A stretch of DNA of 63,695 bases, the filler included, from Reclinomonas americana ATCC 50394 (taxonomy: Eukaryota), in the NCBI GenBank assembly GCA_048213135.1. It is 6 parts of 3 records of this genome, joined end to end, with 100 filler letters (N's around TTAATTAATTAA, not from the genome) between each part and the next. Parts side by side here need not be neighbours in the genome. Positions count along the whole stretch, not along the records: positions 42,508 to 61,403 come from PS015090.1; 5 more parts are not named here. One strand, 5' to 3'. The position numbers and the translations under genes are program-made. The notes beneath the pieces were generated by a model. It worked only from the letters and a program-made list of their open reading frames with translations, was not told the DNA's origin and did not search any database. Positions 43,797 to 58,400 of the stretch are shown piece after piece (the stretch's first letter is position 1; the number at the start of each line of letters is the position of its first letter).

Positions 43797-46700
43797 ATGA
43801 GCGACGGCGGCAGCGGAAGTCCTCCGCTCGGCCGATCGCTGGGCGCTGCTGGTGGCAAGCGCTCTGTCGCAGTCGCAGTGGCAGTGGGTCAGTCGCCACT
43901 CTGCAAAAGAGAGAGACAGACAGAGAGTGACACACAAGGAGACAACAGTTGGGCTTGTGACTTGTCTGCTGCAGTGGACGCAGACGCAGCTGTTGTTGCA
44001 GATAGAGTGGAGAGAGAGGCAGACAGACAGACAGACAGAGAAAGCGTGCTTTGTGTGCACTCTCCGATGACAGTGTCACGCATTCTCCCGCGCTCTCATC
44101 TTTCCTCTCTCTTCAGCTCTCTCTCTCTCTCACACAGACACACTTCCCCCCTCTCTCACTTACCCTCACTCTCCCTCTCTCCCACACACACACTGCCTCT
44201 CTCGTCACACGTTGGGCTTATGGACATGTCGAAACTCACACTCGCAACTCACACACAGCTCGCGGTGCTGCCTCTGCCGCAGCTGCCGCCTCTCCGGTGA
44301 GTCACCTCCTCCTCCTCTTTCCCACTCCTCTGCTCATCTCCTTCTCATCTCCGACGCACTCTGCAATAGGAGGTCGACGAGTCTGAGTTGACAATCGAGC
44401 CAAGTGGTCAGTCTCTCCCTCTCAATCACACTCTTTCCTTCTCTTGCGTGCTCACTCGCGGTGTGTATGCGTGTGTGCGTTTGACTAACACAGAGACGCG
44501 CGTGGACTCACTGGAGCTCGATGTGCGGGAGAAATCATCACACAATCGTCGTCTTTCCCCGCCACCGCGACGCCATGACTATGATGATGACGACGACGAT
44601 GATGATGGTGGTGAACGTCGGCATGCATCCACAGCCGATCGTAGAACCGATGATTCATCCGACTCGTCCATCGCCACGCGTGGACGACCTCTGGCTCGCG
44701 GTCTGCATGGGATTGGTGGGGGACTGGTGGCGGCTGCGGCGGCGGTGAAGGGCTCCTCACCGCCACCGGTGCGGCCTCCGACTCCGCCGGCGGTGGGAGG
44801 CACGTCGCCACCTGCGCAGCTGGTGGCGGAGTCGGCGACGGCGGCGCGACCCGGCTCCATGTGGGACGACTTGTCGCGCCCGCACCATCGCGGNNNNNNN
44901 NNNNNNNNNNNNNNNNNNNNNNNNNNNNNNNNNNNNNNNNNNNNNNNNNNNNNNNNNNNNNNNNNNNNNNNNNNNNNNNNNNNNNNNNNNNNNNNNNNNN
45001 NNNNNNNNNNNNNNNNNNNNNNNNNNNNNNNNNNNNNNNNNNNNNNNNNNNNNNNNNNNNNNNNNNNNNNNNNNNNNNTTCGCACACGTTTAGCGTGCAT
45101 CCAGTGGTCTACAGCGATGAGTTTGATGAGCCGCAGGCCTCACGTGCTGGCGATGCTGGCGACACAGCGCTCGTGGAGGAGGATGAGCCGACGCCGGCGC
45201 GGGCGACTGCCGCGGTGCCGATTTCGGCAGCGGCGGCACTGGCCGCTGCTGCGTCGGTGGAGAGCAGCATGCCGTTCACGCCGCCACAGTCGAGTTACAT
45301 GGCGGCGGCGTTGGCGGCTGCTGAGCTGGTGGAGGACGACATGACGCCACCGCCACCGATTTCGTCGTTTGTGCTCTCCGGCACGGTGGATTCGCCGCGC
45401 ACGCATGTGGGGAGTGGTGGCGGCGGATCGCCACGCGTGTTCGGCACCGCGTCGCCGCGAGTGTCATCGGCGACGCTGCACACGCATCTGCACACGCACC
45501 TCGTGTCGGACGACACGTCGCCTGTCTCGGCGACCGCCTCACCGCCTGCAGCCCCCGGCGGCAGTGACGCATCCATCGCCGCTGCAGCTGCCGCCGCTGA
45601 ATCACCCGCCGTGATGAGCAATCCGCTGTCGACCATGTCACCGTCGCCGTCCACAGTGGCTGCTCTCGTGTCGGCGGTCACCAACAGCAGCGAGGCGGCG
45701 GCGGCGTCGCTCGGCCGCGGCGGCGCCATGCAATCGGTGCAGCCGATTGCCCCATTCCGACGACGACCAAACGCGCCGCCCGGCATTCAGCAGCCGGAAC
45801 CTCCTGCAGGAGGAGCGTCGGCTGGCTCCGCTGCCGCATCGTCGTCGCGTCTGTCGCGTCAGCGCTCCAAGACGCAGCCGTCCAAGCCGAGACCCGCGCC
45901 TCGAACCAGTTCACGGCCGACGTCGATGACGCTGAGCGGGAGCGGCAGTGTGGCCAGCGGTTTTGTGGCCAGTGTGCGCGCCAACGAGTCGTACGTCATC
46001 CACCCGGCGCACCCGTACCGCAACCGCTTCCTGGAGGAGAACATGCAGGTGCTGGAGCCGGCGTCGGGTCTCGGCAACTCGTCGTGGCTCTCGTTGTTCC
46101 CGTATCTCCGTGACACTGATTCCAGTTGCGTGGGAGGAGAACGGGGATGAGGGGGGAAGGGAGAGGGAGATAGGGGAAAGGGAAGGGAGCTGGGGGAAGG
46201 AGGTGAGAAAGCAATAAGAGAGAGGGGGGTGGGAGAAAGAGAGAGGAGAGATCGAGAACGAGAGAGACAGGAGAATGTATAATAAGGAGAGGGATAGTGG
46301 ATTGAGGATGCGGAGGCACGGATGGAAACTAGAAAGGGAAAGGCTGAGATCAGGTCACTGAATGACTGAGGAACTAAATGATGTTGCTTGCTGACTCTTC
46401 GTCCTATTTTCACAGATTTGTCTCCCGACAAAACCGCACCGGCCGAGTCCTTCCGCAACATTGTGGAAGACTGGTGGTGGTCGGAGGTCGGTGCATTGCG
46501 CGCCCACAAGCATTTCATCCGACTGCACGACGAGGTGCTGCACATCACCAACAGCGTGTGGCGCATCGAGACTGTCGAGTTTGTGCCGGAGAATGCCAGC
46601 CAGACAGGTGTGATGGAAGGGAAGGGATGCGGGGAAAGGGAGGAAGGGAGGGTGAAGAGAGGAAGAGGCTGAAGAGAGAAAGAATCTGGAGAAAATAAGT

Positions 46701-48976
46701 GGAGAGAGAGAAGGAGAGTGCGTGTGTGTGTGTGACAGACAGACAATCTCGAACATGTGACGAGAAAGGAACGCATACTTACCGAAGCGAGGGCGGAAGA
46801 GACTGAGATTGACAGCTGAGAGTGGAAGTCTCAGAGAGACCATAAGAAAGAGACTGCATCGGGAAGGGATAGAGAAAGAGCCACGACAAAGAAATAACGA
46901 ACGAAAGAAAAAACAGCCAGAAACACAGACGCTGAGATGGGACTGCGACAGACTGGAGAGTATCTGCCTGCGACAGACTCATGAGAGAGGGTTTGCGGTC
47001 GATAACTGAGCTTCCCAATCGCTTCGCTCAGTGTCGTTCAGTTATGCGTGTCACTTCATTCCCTTGTTTCTCTCACTCTCGCTCTGTGCTCCATAGTTTC
47101 CTTCCTTTCTGTCCTTCTTTGTGCTCCCATCTCTCCATCTTTCTAACTTGGCTTCTTTCATCATCATCTCTCTTTACCTCTCTCAACACTCGTTTGTCTG
47201 AGTCTCCCATTCGCTCTTTCTGCCTACCAGGATTTCTCATCGCATCGTCTTGCCGTCACAATCCGTCTATGTTTCTCTCCCCTCTCTCGTCTCCGTCTCC
47301 CTCCCTTCTCCCTGTCCCTCTCCCTTCTCCCTCTCCANNNNNNNNNNNNNNNNNNNNCTCGCACACGTTTAGCGTGCATCCGGTGGTCTACAGCGATGAG
47401 TTTGACGAGCCGCAGGCCTCACGTGCTGGCGATGCTGGCGACACAGCGCTCGTGGAGGAGGATGAGCCGACGCCGGCACGGGCGACGGCCGCGGTGCCGA
47501 TTTCGGCAGCGGCGGCACTGGCCGCTGCTGCGTCGGTGGAGAGCAGCATGCCGTTCACGCCGCCACAGTCGAGTTACATGGCGGCGGCGTTGGCGGCTGC
47601 TGAGCTGGTGGAGGACGACATGACGCCGCCGCCACCGATTTCGTCGTTTGTGCTCTCCGGCACGGTGGATTCGCCGCGCACGCATGTGGGGAGTGGTGGC
47701 GGCGGATCGCCACGCGTGTTCGGCACCGCGTCGCCGCGAGTGTCATCAGCGACGCTGCACACGCATCTGCACACGCACCTCGTGTCGGACGACACGTCGC
47801 CTGTCTCGGCGGCCGCCTCACCACCGTCAGCCCCCGGCGGCAGTGACGCATCCATCACCGCTGCTGCTGCCGCCGCTGAATCGCCCGCCGTGATGAGCAA
47901 TCCGCTGTCGACCATGTCACCGTCGCCGTCCACAGTGGCTGCTCTCGTGTCGGCGGTCACCAACAGCAGCGAGGCGGCGGCAGCGTCGCTCGGCCGCGGC
48001 GGCGCCATGCAATCGGTGCAGCCGATTGCCCCATTCCGACGACGACCAAACGCGCCGCCCGGCATTCAGCAGCCGGAACCACCAGCAGGAGGAGCGTTGG
48101 CTGGCTCCGCTGCCGCATCGTCGTCGCGTCTGTCGCGTCAGCGCTCCAAGACGCAGCCGTCCAAGCCGAGACCCGCGCCTCGAACCAGTTCACGGCCGAC
48201 GTCGATGACGCTGAGCGGGAGCGGCAGTGTGGCCAGCGGTTTTGTGGCCAGTGTGCGCGCCAACGAGTCGTACGTCATCCACCCGGCGCATCCGTACCGC
48301 AACCGCTTCCTGGAGGAGAACATGCAGGTGCTGGAGCCGGCCTCGGGTCTCGGCAACTCGTCGTGGCTTTCGTTGTTCCCGTATCTCCGCGACACGGATT
48401 CCAGTTGCGTGGGAGGAGAAGAGGGATGAGGGGGGAAGGGAGAGGGAGATAGGGGAAAGGGAAGGGAGCTGGGGGAAGGAGGTGAGAAAGCAATAAGAGA
48501 GAGGGGGGTGGGAGAAAGAGAGAGGGAGAGGGGGACGAGAGAGACAGGAGAGTGTATAAGAAGGAGAGGGATAGTGGATTGAGGATAGGGAGGCACGGAT
48601 GAAAAATAGAAAGGAAAGGCTGAGATCAGGTCACTGAATGACTGAGGACTCGTTGATGTTGCTTGCTGACTCTTCGTCCTATTTCGCAGATTTGTCTCCT
48701 GACAAGACCGCACCGGCCGAGTCCTTCCGCAACATTGTGGAAGACTGGTGGTGGTCGGAGGTCGGTGCATTGCGCGCCCACAAGCATTTCATCCGACTGC
48801 ACGACGAGGTGCTGCACATCACCAACAGCGTGTGGCGCATCGAGACTGTCGAGTTTGTGCCGGAGAATGCCAGCCAGACAGGTGTGGCAGAAGAGAAGGG
48901 ATGCGGGGAAAGGAAGAGGTTGAAGAGAGAACGAATCTGGAGAAAATGAGTGGAGAGAGAGAAGGAGAGTGCGCGC

Positions 48977-49030
<54 letters not shown>

Positions 49031-52000
49031 CAGACAGACAATCACGAAAATGTGACGAGAAAGGAACGCATAGTTACCGAAGCGAGGGCGGAAGAGACTG
49101 AGATTGACAGCTGAGAGTAGAAGTCTCAGAGAGACCATAAGAGAGAGACTGCATCGGCAAGGGATAGAGAAGAGCCGCGACAAAGAAATAATGAAAGAAA
49201 GAAAAAAACAGCCAGAAACACAGACGCTGAGATTGGACTGAGACAGACTGGAGAGTATCTGCCTGTGACAGATACATGAGAGAGGGTTTGCGGTCGATAA
49301 CTGAACTTCCCAATCGCTTCGCTTAATGTCGTTCAGTTATGCGTGTCACTTCATTTCCGTAGTTTCTCTCACTCTCGCTCTGTACTCCTTAGTTTCCTTC
49401 CTTTCTGTCCTTCTTTGTGCTCCCGTCTTTCCATCTTTCTAACTTGGCTTCTTTCGTCATCTCTCTTTCCCTCTCTCAACACTCGTTTGTCTGAGTCTCC
49501 CGTTCGCACTTTCTTCCAGGTTTCCTCATCGCATCGTCTTGCCATCACAATCCGTCTATGTTTCTCTCCTCTCTCTCGTCTCCGTCCCCCTCCCTTCTCC
49601 CTGTCCCTCTCCCTTCTCCCTCTCCATCTCCCTCCCTTCCCTCTCCCTCTCCTCCCCCCCTCACCCCTTCCCCTCCTTCTCCCCCCCTATAGGCTGCCCC
49701 ACCTCCGTCACCTCCACGGTCGCCCGCTTCGACCACGCCACCGCCAACGCCCTGGCCGAGCGCCTGGCCGACCTGCGTGCCAGCTTCCTCGGCCCCGACG
49801 GCAACGTGCAGGCGCGCTTCGGTGCCGAGATGGCGTCGACTCGCGTATTCCNNNNNNNNNNNNNNNNNNNNTGCACATCTACAGTGTCGTGCTGCACTCG
49901 CCGTGTGCACACTTGCGCCACATTCGTCCGTCGTCTGCCTCGCCGCCGCAGTCGGGGGTCAGTGATGCGCACTGTCTCCCCTCCATTATTTTTAAATGTG
50001 TAGTCCTCACTGTGGTGCTGATGTGCGTGCAGGCTGGCAGCAGCACTGGGACTCGTGACGAGGACGACAGTGGGGCATCGCGCGTGCTGTTCCGCACCGA
50101 CAGCTCCGGCAGCGGCGAGGTCTCGTCGACCTACTCACGAGTGCAGCACTCCTCTGGGTCGGATTCGGACGCGTTGCTGTCGTCGTCGCCCTCGCAGGAC
50201 GACTGGCTGGCACAACCGACCGGCGGCAGCGATTCATTCTTTTCGCGCGGCCGCTCGTCGTCGTCATCTGCGGCTGCGCCGGCAGCAGTGGGAGCCGCCC
50301 GACGGTCCGTGTCGACGAGTCCCGTGGACGGTGTTGTGTTTGATGTGCACATTGGTGGCGACGATCCGGCGCCACTGCTCGACTGCGTGCACACGCTGCT
50401 GGACGTGTACACTCGATGCACCGGCGGTTCTCTGCCGCTGAGCCGACCTGCACGCCGGTCGTCGTCGACGATTGCCGGCATTATGCGCGAGGAAGGGAAG
50501 ACACGCGTAAAGAAGCGCGTGCGATTCCGCGACGAAGTGGTGTCACCAGACGCCATCTCGCCCTCGTCCACTGGCTCCTCGACTTCGTCCCCGTCGCGCT
50601 GGTCTGGCGATGGTGCGTCTCTGCTTGCATTCGGTAGTTTTGTGTTCTCGTTTTTTTAAGTCCTCATCTCTTTGTAGCAGAGGATGCTACGGCGCATCGT
50701 GGCGTGGACGACCCCGGTGGCCTGGCGGTCGATGTCAGCTCGGTGGAGGCCGCAAGATCCGTCTTCGGCGACATGCTCACTCAAGTCGTGCAATACCTCA
50801 TGACGCTGTGTGCCGAGGCCAGTCTGCCACAGCTTCGGCGGTACCTGGTCGCGCTGATTTGCGGGCGTGTCAATCTGCCAGAGAGTTGCGAGTGGTCTGC
50901 TGTGTCAAACAGCAGGGGTGTTACTCACACTGCGCAGTGTCCATGGCGCACCTCGTGTGCTACTTGCAGTTCCCGGACGAGGGCCAGTGGGACCTGGCGA
51001 CCGCAGATTCGTTCATCGAGTGTGCCACCATGCTGTTGTACAGCGCCCTTCCTCTGTCGGCCACCAGCGGCCGACCGACCATCAGTGGGCGTGGTGGATC
51101 GCGCGGTTCTTCATCTGCTGACTCTGGCGACACTACTGGTGTGCATTTCTGTGTGTAGTGAGCATTCTCTTTGTTGAAGAAAAGTGACTCATCTGCGTTC
51201 GTGTAGCATCGGAAGAGGATCTCGTCCGCGTGTGGGATCAGCTGCCGTTCGATCGTTTTGCTTCGTTTGTTGTGGACGTCATGCAGGTGCGTTCACGAGT
51301 CTCTCTCTCTCTCTCTCTCCTGTTCTCCCTGCCCATGGTTGACCTTTGTTGCCATCAGCACGACCCGTCGTCCTCCTTTGGTGCCAAGATCGTGGAGGAC
51401 TTTTTCCGCAGCGTTCTCACCGTCATTGGCCATCTGTGCTCCGTGGACTACGTCGTCGAATCCGACGAGGCTGCTGCCGAAGAAGGTTGGTGCATGTGTC
51501 ATATTTGTTCTTTACTTCATTTCTCTTTCTCATTACGTTGTGGTGGCAGAACGCCGCCGTCGTCGCGAGACCGTGGATCTCGACGAGAACCTCTCGCCGA
51601 CCTCGGGAACTCCGTCACCGCCACCTCCTCCGGCTGTCGCACCGTTTGCCGCCGTGCACCCCGGGCGTCGTCGCCTCGTGCACCAAATCTGTCAGACCGT
51701 GGCCACCCTCACCAGCACCATTTGCGCGTTGGCTCTCGACCGTCGCGATTCGTGCGCACATTTCCATTTTTTGTTGTTTCGCGTGCCATGTGCTCATCTC
51801 GTACGTGAATGCGCGCAGGCTCACCGCTCTGCAGTGGCAAACACTGTTCGAGTCGCACATTGACGAGATGACGTATTCGGTGAGCGCGGCTGTGGAGTCT
51901 GGATAATGCGCGCTTGTGTGTAACCTTTGTGTGTTGCAGCTCTTTGATGGATTCATGAGTCTCGAGACGCCGCCGTTGCTGTCCAACCTGGTGATTTTGC

Positions 52001-53134
52001 CGCTGTCGCACGTCAGCGATTCGTGCGCCGATCGCCTGTTTGCGCGCCTGTATTTCGGGCCTGGACGCGCGTTCAATCTGGACGGTGAGCGCAAGTTGAT
52101 TCGACGTGCGCGCGCGCATAAATGTCTTACGTTCGTGCAGCGTTGAAAGCCGCCGTGGAGCAGACGCCGCTCGATGTGTGCAAGTGGGAGACGATTCTGC
52201 AAGAGGGTGTGTTGCACTGTGTCGAATGTCATCCCGCCGTTGACTCACTCGCTTGGGTCAGACTCACGCGAGCAATTCGAGAACGCCATGAATGCGCTCG
52301 ACGAGCACATGATCTTTGTGCTCACTCTCCTGCCAAACCTGGTGGCCAACCATCGTCGGCAGCTGGGTCACATTATCGGTCTCGAGATGTTCCACCTGGG
52401 CGGTTTGTTGTTGTTGAAGGCAGTCCTGTGTTACCCGTCCCTCTCTTTCTTCTGACCACCGCACGCCAGTGTCATGTCTGCGCAACAAGAGTTTGGCGGC
52501 ACGCGAAGTTCGCAACACGCTGAAGGACATGTTCTTGGTGCAGCCGGCTCTGGTACGTGTGTCGTTGAGCTCATGCTGATTGTGATCTTGGTGTTTTTGA
52601 CACGCATGTGTTTGTTGGCACAGTGCTCGCACGTGTACGACCTGCTTGCCAAGACGTCGTCGGTGTCCATGCTCTCGTTTGGTACCTACGCCTTCAACAA
52701 CACCAAGTTGCCGCGGTGGACGCCGACCGAGGCCGACATGTCCAAGCTGCACATTATGCTGTGCAGTGAGTTGGTGAGCAGGATGGGAGAAGGGAGAGGG
52801 AGAGGGGAGAAGGGAGAGAAAGTGAGGAGGGTGACATGGGGAAGGGGGAAGGGGGAGGGCGAGAAAGGGAGAGTGAGAGGGAGAGGGAAAGGAGAGCGAG
52901 TAATAAGAGGAAATGCGTAGATTAGCGAGGAGAAAGAGAATACGCTGACGAAGGCACAAATGTGCGAGGCAACACCAGGTAAGAGGCGAGAGAATGCGTG
53001 CGGCGAGAGCACGATAAGAAAGAGCCTGAATAGCAAACATGAGACGGATTGGAAACGCACAGATGGATCAGTGACACACACAGAAGCACACATCCAACTG
53101 AGGAGTCAATACTCGCGTTATTGAAAAAGAACAC

Positions 53135-53183
<49 letters not shown>

Positions 53184-55428
53184 CTGAGAAGAGGGTGCGG
53201 GAGACTGGACGTGGAGGCAAGAGGGAGAGACTACTGATAGGCAGACGATCAGAGAGTGGGAGAGTGAACAGGGAGTCCACAGCATCTCTCCTTGTTCTTC
53301 TCCCCTTGATTGAGCACAGTCCGTGTGGTATGTGTGTGCCTTTGTGTGCCGTTGATTCGTCTGTGCGCGACGCACCATAGTGCGCTTGCATTACACGCAT
53401 TCTCACCGCATTATCTCTTTCACACACACGCACACTCTCTTCTTGATCGCTCACGCCTGCGATCCGTTCGTAGGCATCACCGGAGCATGCTCTCGGCCGC
53501 GCCATCATTTCTGCCATTGACGTGACAGCGCCGCCGCCACTCGGCGAAATCAACGCCGACTCGGATGTTATCATTACACTGCGCCTGCGCTTGCTGCATC
53601 TGTTGGGCGCGGTGCGTGTTGTGTTCCAGCGCGTTCCACTTTTTATTGCCTTCTGCTCACACTAGAGCGCGACAGGCCGTCCAATTCCACTGTCGTGATC
53701 TCGACTTGTCGCGCAAGCGCGCTGCATCGCAAGCCGACATGCTGCGCTGGGCGTGCAGTGTCGCTCTCTCGGTCAACACGTTTGGAGCGTGAGTGGATGT
53801 TGTTGTGAATCTCACCTACGATAATGTTGCTGTTGTGCTCATATTCTCCCTCCACTGTGCAGCTATTCGAGCGTGCGCTTTGAGGCATTCCCGATGTTGG
53901 TGCGTCTCATTGATCGACTTTCTTGGTTCTCACGTTGCTTACCGTTGTGACGCAGGGTGTGGAGGACCAAGACGCCTTTTTCGAGTTCATCAACTTCAAC
54001 TTGATTCCGGGCGAGTACGCGGAGAAGCTGGAGCACGCGGTGTCGCAATGGAAATACCCTGTGGCCTGCTCTGTGTGCATTCTCAATGCGGTCGTCGCGT
54101 GCACGAGGGAGCGCGCAATGCCGTCCAACGCGGCGTCGTTGCTGCGTTGTGCGGTGCAGGTGCGAGAGGGGGCAGGAGGGAAAGAGAGGGCAAGAGGGAA
54201 AGATAGGGCAAGAGAGAAAGAGAGGGAGATAGAAGGACGGGGAAGAGTATGCGTGCTTTGGTGCACTTGTCGTTGAAATGGCCATGTTCTAACGACAATG
54301 GGTGCGTGCAGCGCGTGCTCGAGAGATACACCGACAAGGGTAGCGTGTGGAATCGCTTCAAAGTGTTTGTCGGCGCCTCGCGCACGTCGGAGGAGATGCA
54401 GAGCGAGTTCCTCGCCGCCCTGAAGAGCTGCTTCCAGTATTGGTGTCTCGCTGGTGCGTCGAGGGAGACAAGACGGCTTTGTTTGTCACTGGTACTCATG
54501 GTTTGCGCTTGCAGATGAGCGTCGGGTGTGCCCGCTGGATATGATGATGAATCTGGTGTTGGAAGGTGCTTGCGCTTGCTCGCTAATCCTGTCAACACAA
54601 GTACCTGACACGTAATATTGCGGCAGCATTCCTGCCTTACACCAATGACGCGATCCTTGGCGTGGCGTCACTGATGATCCTCGATGGGTGCGCCGAAGCC
54701 GCACTGACCATTCACAAGTTCCACTATGTGGTCGATCCGCTGTTGTACCGACAGGCGCTTGTGCGGTGCGTCGTGATCACTCTCGCACGCAATCTGTGTT
54801 CTTGCTAGCGTCTCACATTTCTTATCTCTCTCTCTCCCTCTTTCTCACTCTCTTCTTGCCTTTCTTTTCTCCAGCAACTTTATGATCTCGGATCGACGGT
54901 CACTGCGCACCACCGCCGCGGGTGACACAAGTGCCAGTCTGCTTCTCCGTGGGCCACTCTTCGATTCGATCCACATTGATCCGCTGAGCGGCTACTCGTC
55001 GTTGGTGCTGGCGATTTTGAGTTGCGTGGGGTGGGCTCGTCGGTGACGGTTTGTCACACTGCTGAGTGCGAATCCGTGTGCGCAGTGAGCATTGCCATTC
55101 AAGAGGGCCCTGTGCGCTCCACGTTTGGTCTGGCCTACGCTCATGCGCCGAACACCCCGATGGAGGAGACTGCCGTGTTGCTAGGTGCGAAGGGGGGAAT
55201 AAGGGGAGAAAGGAGAAGTAGGGAGAAGGGCACAAGGTGAAGGAGAAAGGAGAGAGACGAAGAAGAAGTTGAATTGGGTGAATGCGGAAAGAGAGATTGG
55301 AGGAGTGCGAGCGACAGCAGCAGCAAACGAGAGAGAATGAGTGTCATCGCCAAGGAGCGAGATGTGAATAGCTGATACGACGTCTCGTTCGAGTGCATCA
55401 ATCAGCAGAGTTGATGTTGTTGTGATTG

Positions 55429-55471
<43 letters not shown>

Positions 55472-58400
55472 CGTAGGAGACAGAAAGAGAGCATCACACA
55501 AAGGAAACAGTTCGTGCAGCACTCGTAGAGGCGACTTTCTTTGCTGACTCTCCTTGCTCATGACGCAGAACTGGAGCGCGAAGTCCCACTCCTGTGCATC
55601 CATCGACTCTGTGTGTACCTGTGCACCAACACTGCACAAGCCNNNNNNNNNNNNNNNNNNNNNNNNNNNNNNNNNNNNNNNNNNNNNNNNNNNNNNNNNN
55701 NNNNNNNNNNNNNNNNNNNNNNNNNNNNNCCTCACTTCGTCGGAGCCAGTGCAAAAACGCATCGTACAACTTGGCGCGGTTCAAATGGTAGTTCTTGAAC
55801 TCGGTGGTGCCGGCATACTGATAGCACTCGAGGTGCACCTCGACCGTGGCCTGCAGCGCATCGAGCAGCGCCACACGCAGGCGTCTGTGCGTCGCAAGAA
55901 AGTAGGGATAAATGAGCTTTCACCAACACCACAGAATTTAGTTATGGTCTCGCACGACGCAACTGCTGATGGCGGATCAATGTGTAGCCGTAGCAAGGCG
56001 CGCGACTGTTCACATCCAAATTCTCAAACAGCAGGAAGAAGAAGAGCTGCCAGAGAATGGGTTCGGCGGGACTNNNNNNNNNNNNNNNNNNNNTGTGTGT
56101 GGTCAAGGGGGCCGTCGTGAGTGTTTGTGTTACTTTTTCGACTCATGGTTGCTTGTTGTAGATGGACATTGATGTCTTCTTGGCCGACACGGCCGCGCTG
56201 AAGGGCGATGTTGATGCTGCGCATTTGCTGACGCTGATTGGCAATGATCGGGAAGGTATAAAGGAGCAGGGGGCGGTGGGGAAAGGGCGCATGAAGGGAA
56301 AGAGATTGTGGAGAAGTAGGCAGAGAAAAGGGAGAGAGATGACGGTGAAGGAAGTGAGAGAGGAGGACGTTCGCCTTTTGTGTGTGTGTGAGAGAGAGAG
56401 AGAGGAGGTATGGATGTAACGGAGAAGTAGGTAGAGCAAGGGAGAGAGACGATTGAGAGTCCATGTGAGAGAGAGAGAAGAGAAGAAAGAGAGCGACATA
56501 CTGTGTGACGAGAGAAGCAGGCAAAGAAAAAGGAAGAGGTGAATGAGTTTCTCGCATCGCGTGTAGAGAAGAGGAATTTAGGGTGGGAACATTCACAATG
56601 TGTGCATGTGTGTGTGACAGGGAGAGAGAGGGGGGGAAGGAGAGGCAGAGGACAGAACGAAAAACAAATTGAGATGGAAGAGTTCAGAGTGTGCGAGTCA
56701 GGGAGAGAGAGAGAGAGAGAGAGATAAAGGGAGCGACAGAAGAACAGCATTTATGGGGGCCCAGCGACTGACCTCTTTCTTTTGTGTGCGCAGTGTTCCC
56801 CGAGACGCTCTGGTACGACGTCATCAACACGCACTTCGAGGTGGGACATTTGTGCAAGCGCATCTCCACACGCCTCGCCTCTGTGACGCACTTTGTCGGG
56901 GCCAATCGCACGAGCGGCAGCGGCACGGCATCGGGCGACAGTGCTCCCGGCTCCAAGCCCACCGTGTGTCGATTCTACGGACAGGAGCTCACCCGTGTCG
57001 GGCCCATCATGTCGTTCAACCATGTGGGTTCGCTGCAGCCGAGCACGGTGAGCACGTCGCACTCGACCTGTCCCCCCTTTCTTCATTCTTATTGCTGTTG
57101 GTGTGCAGGTCGATGTGGCGGCAGGACAGCAGGAAATCTCCCAGTGCGATGAGCATCGCGTGCGATTGGCGCTGCTCGACGCGCAGTACCTGACGTGGCT
57201 GCCCGATTTCCTCTTTAATGCCGTGTCCCGGAAGACTGGTGTGTGAATTTGTCGTTGATCATTTCATTCAGCGGCCAACACTGACATGTCGCACAGTGGC
57301 GGACCCGCGGTACGTGGATCGCCCGCTGGATATTGAGTTTGAGGAGATGCATCGTCGAGACGAGGTGCTGGCGCTTGCGCAGCAGAATCGTGACGAAGTG
57401 ACGACAATACTGAGATTCCGGTTTAGCGGGTGCGTGTGTGTATGCCGCGATACACGCCAGGAACTCTATGCTCATGGTGAACTTGTAGCGCCTTTGTGCT
57501 AGAGTTGGTGCGCATTGAGGATGCTGTGAATGAGCTCAAGGAGGTGAGCGAGGAAGAAGGGGAAAGGGGAGAAGGGAAGGGAGAATGGGGATGGAAGGAG
57601 TAATAGGTAGAGATGCTTGTTCTTGTGCATACATGTGTGTGTCAGGAAGTGTGCGTGTGTTTGTATGGTCTTCGTCAGCTAATGTGCTTGTGAATTCTGT
57701 TTCGTAATTGGACTTGCGCGTTCACTCGTTCGTTCTTGTGCGTTCTGAGGCTAGCACCTGTACGTATCTGTGCAAGTGTGTGTTTCCTTCTGTATCGCTT
57801 GCATGCATCTCACTCCCACACCGCAGCATCATCGGCGACACGACCTGGCGGCCTCGCACAACGANNNNNNNNNNNNNNNNNNNNNNNNNNNNNNNNNNNN
57901 NNNNNNNNNNNNNNNNNNNNNNNNNNNNNNNNNNNNNNNNNNNNNNNNNNNNNNNNNNNNNNNNNNNNNNNNNNNNNNNNNNNNNNNNNGAGAGAGAGAG
58001 AGAGAAAGAGGAATAGCGGGAAAGAGGGGAAGGGGGAAAGGGAGACACAGAAGGAAAAACGGAAAGAGAGGCAGAGGGAAAGACGGAAAGAGAGAGACAG
58101 AAGGAAACCAGGAGAGACAGAAGTGCCGGAAAGAGGGACAAAGAACGGAAGAAAGACAAAATCAATGCCGGAAAGAGGGACACAGAAGGAAAGAAAGTCA
58201 GAAGGAAAGACGAAGAGAGACAGAAAGAAAGAGGGAGAAAGACCGTGTTTCCATCATACCTTGTTCAGCGCTGCAATCGCATTGAGAACCGCACGCACCA
58301 ACTGCGCCCTCGTCTCCGATGTGCTGAATGGAAGCCACTGTTGCAAGAGAGGGTAAGTGCATGCATTGTCACTCCAGTGAATGGATGTGCAGCGACAGTG

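Noticed and set aside
55730-56073. Antisense exons within EPG5 as a possible real inversion or trans-splicing
   Set aside because: The fragment is bounded by N gaps on both sides, so a mis-oriented contig is the simplest explanation. The same applies to 36335-36822.
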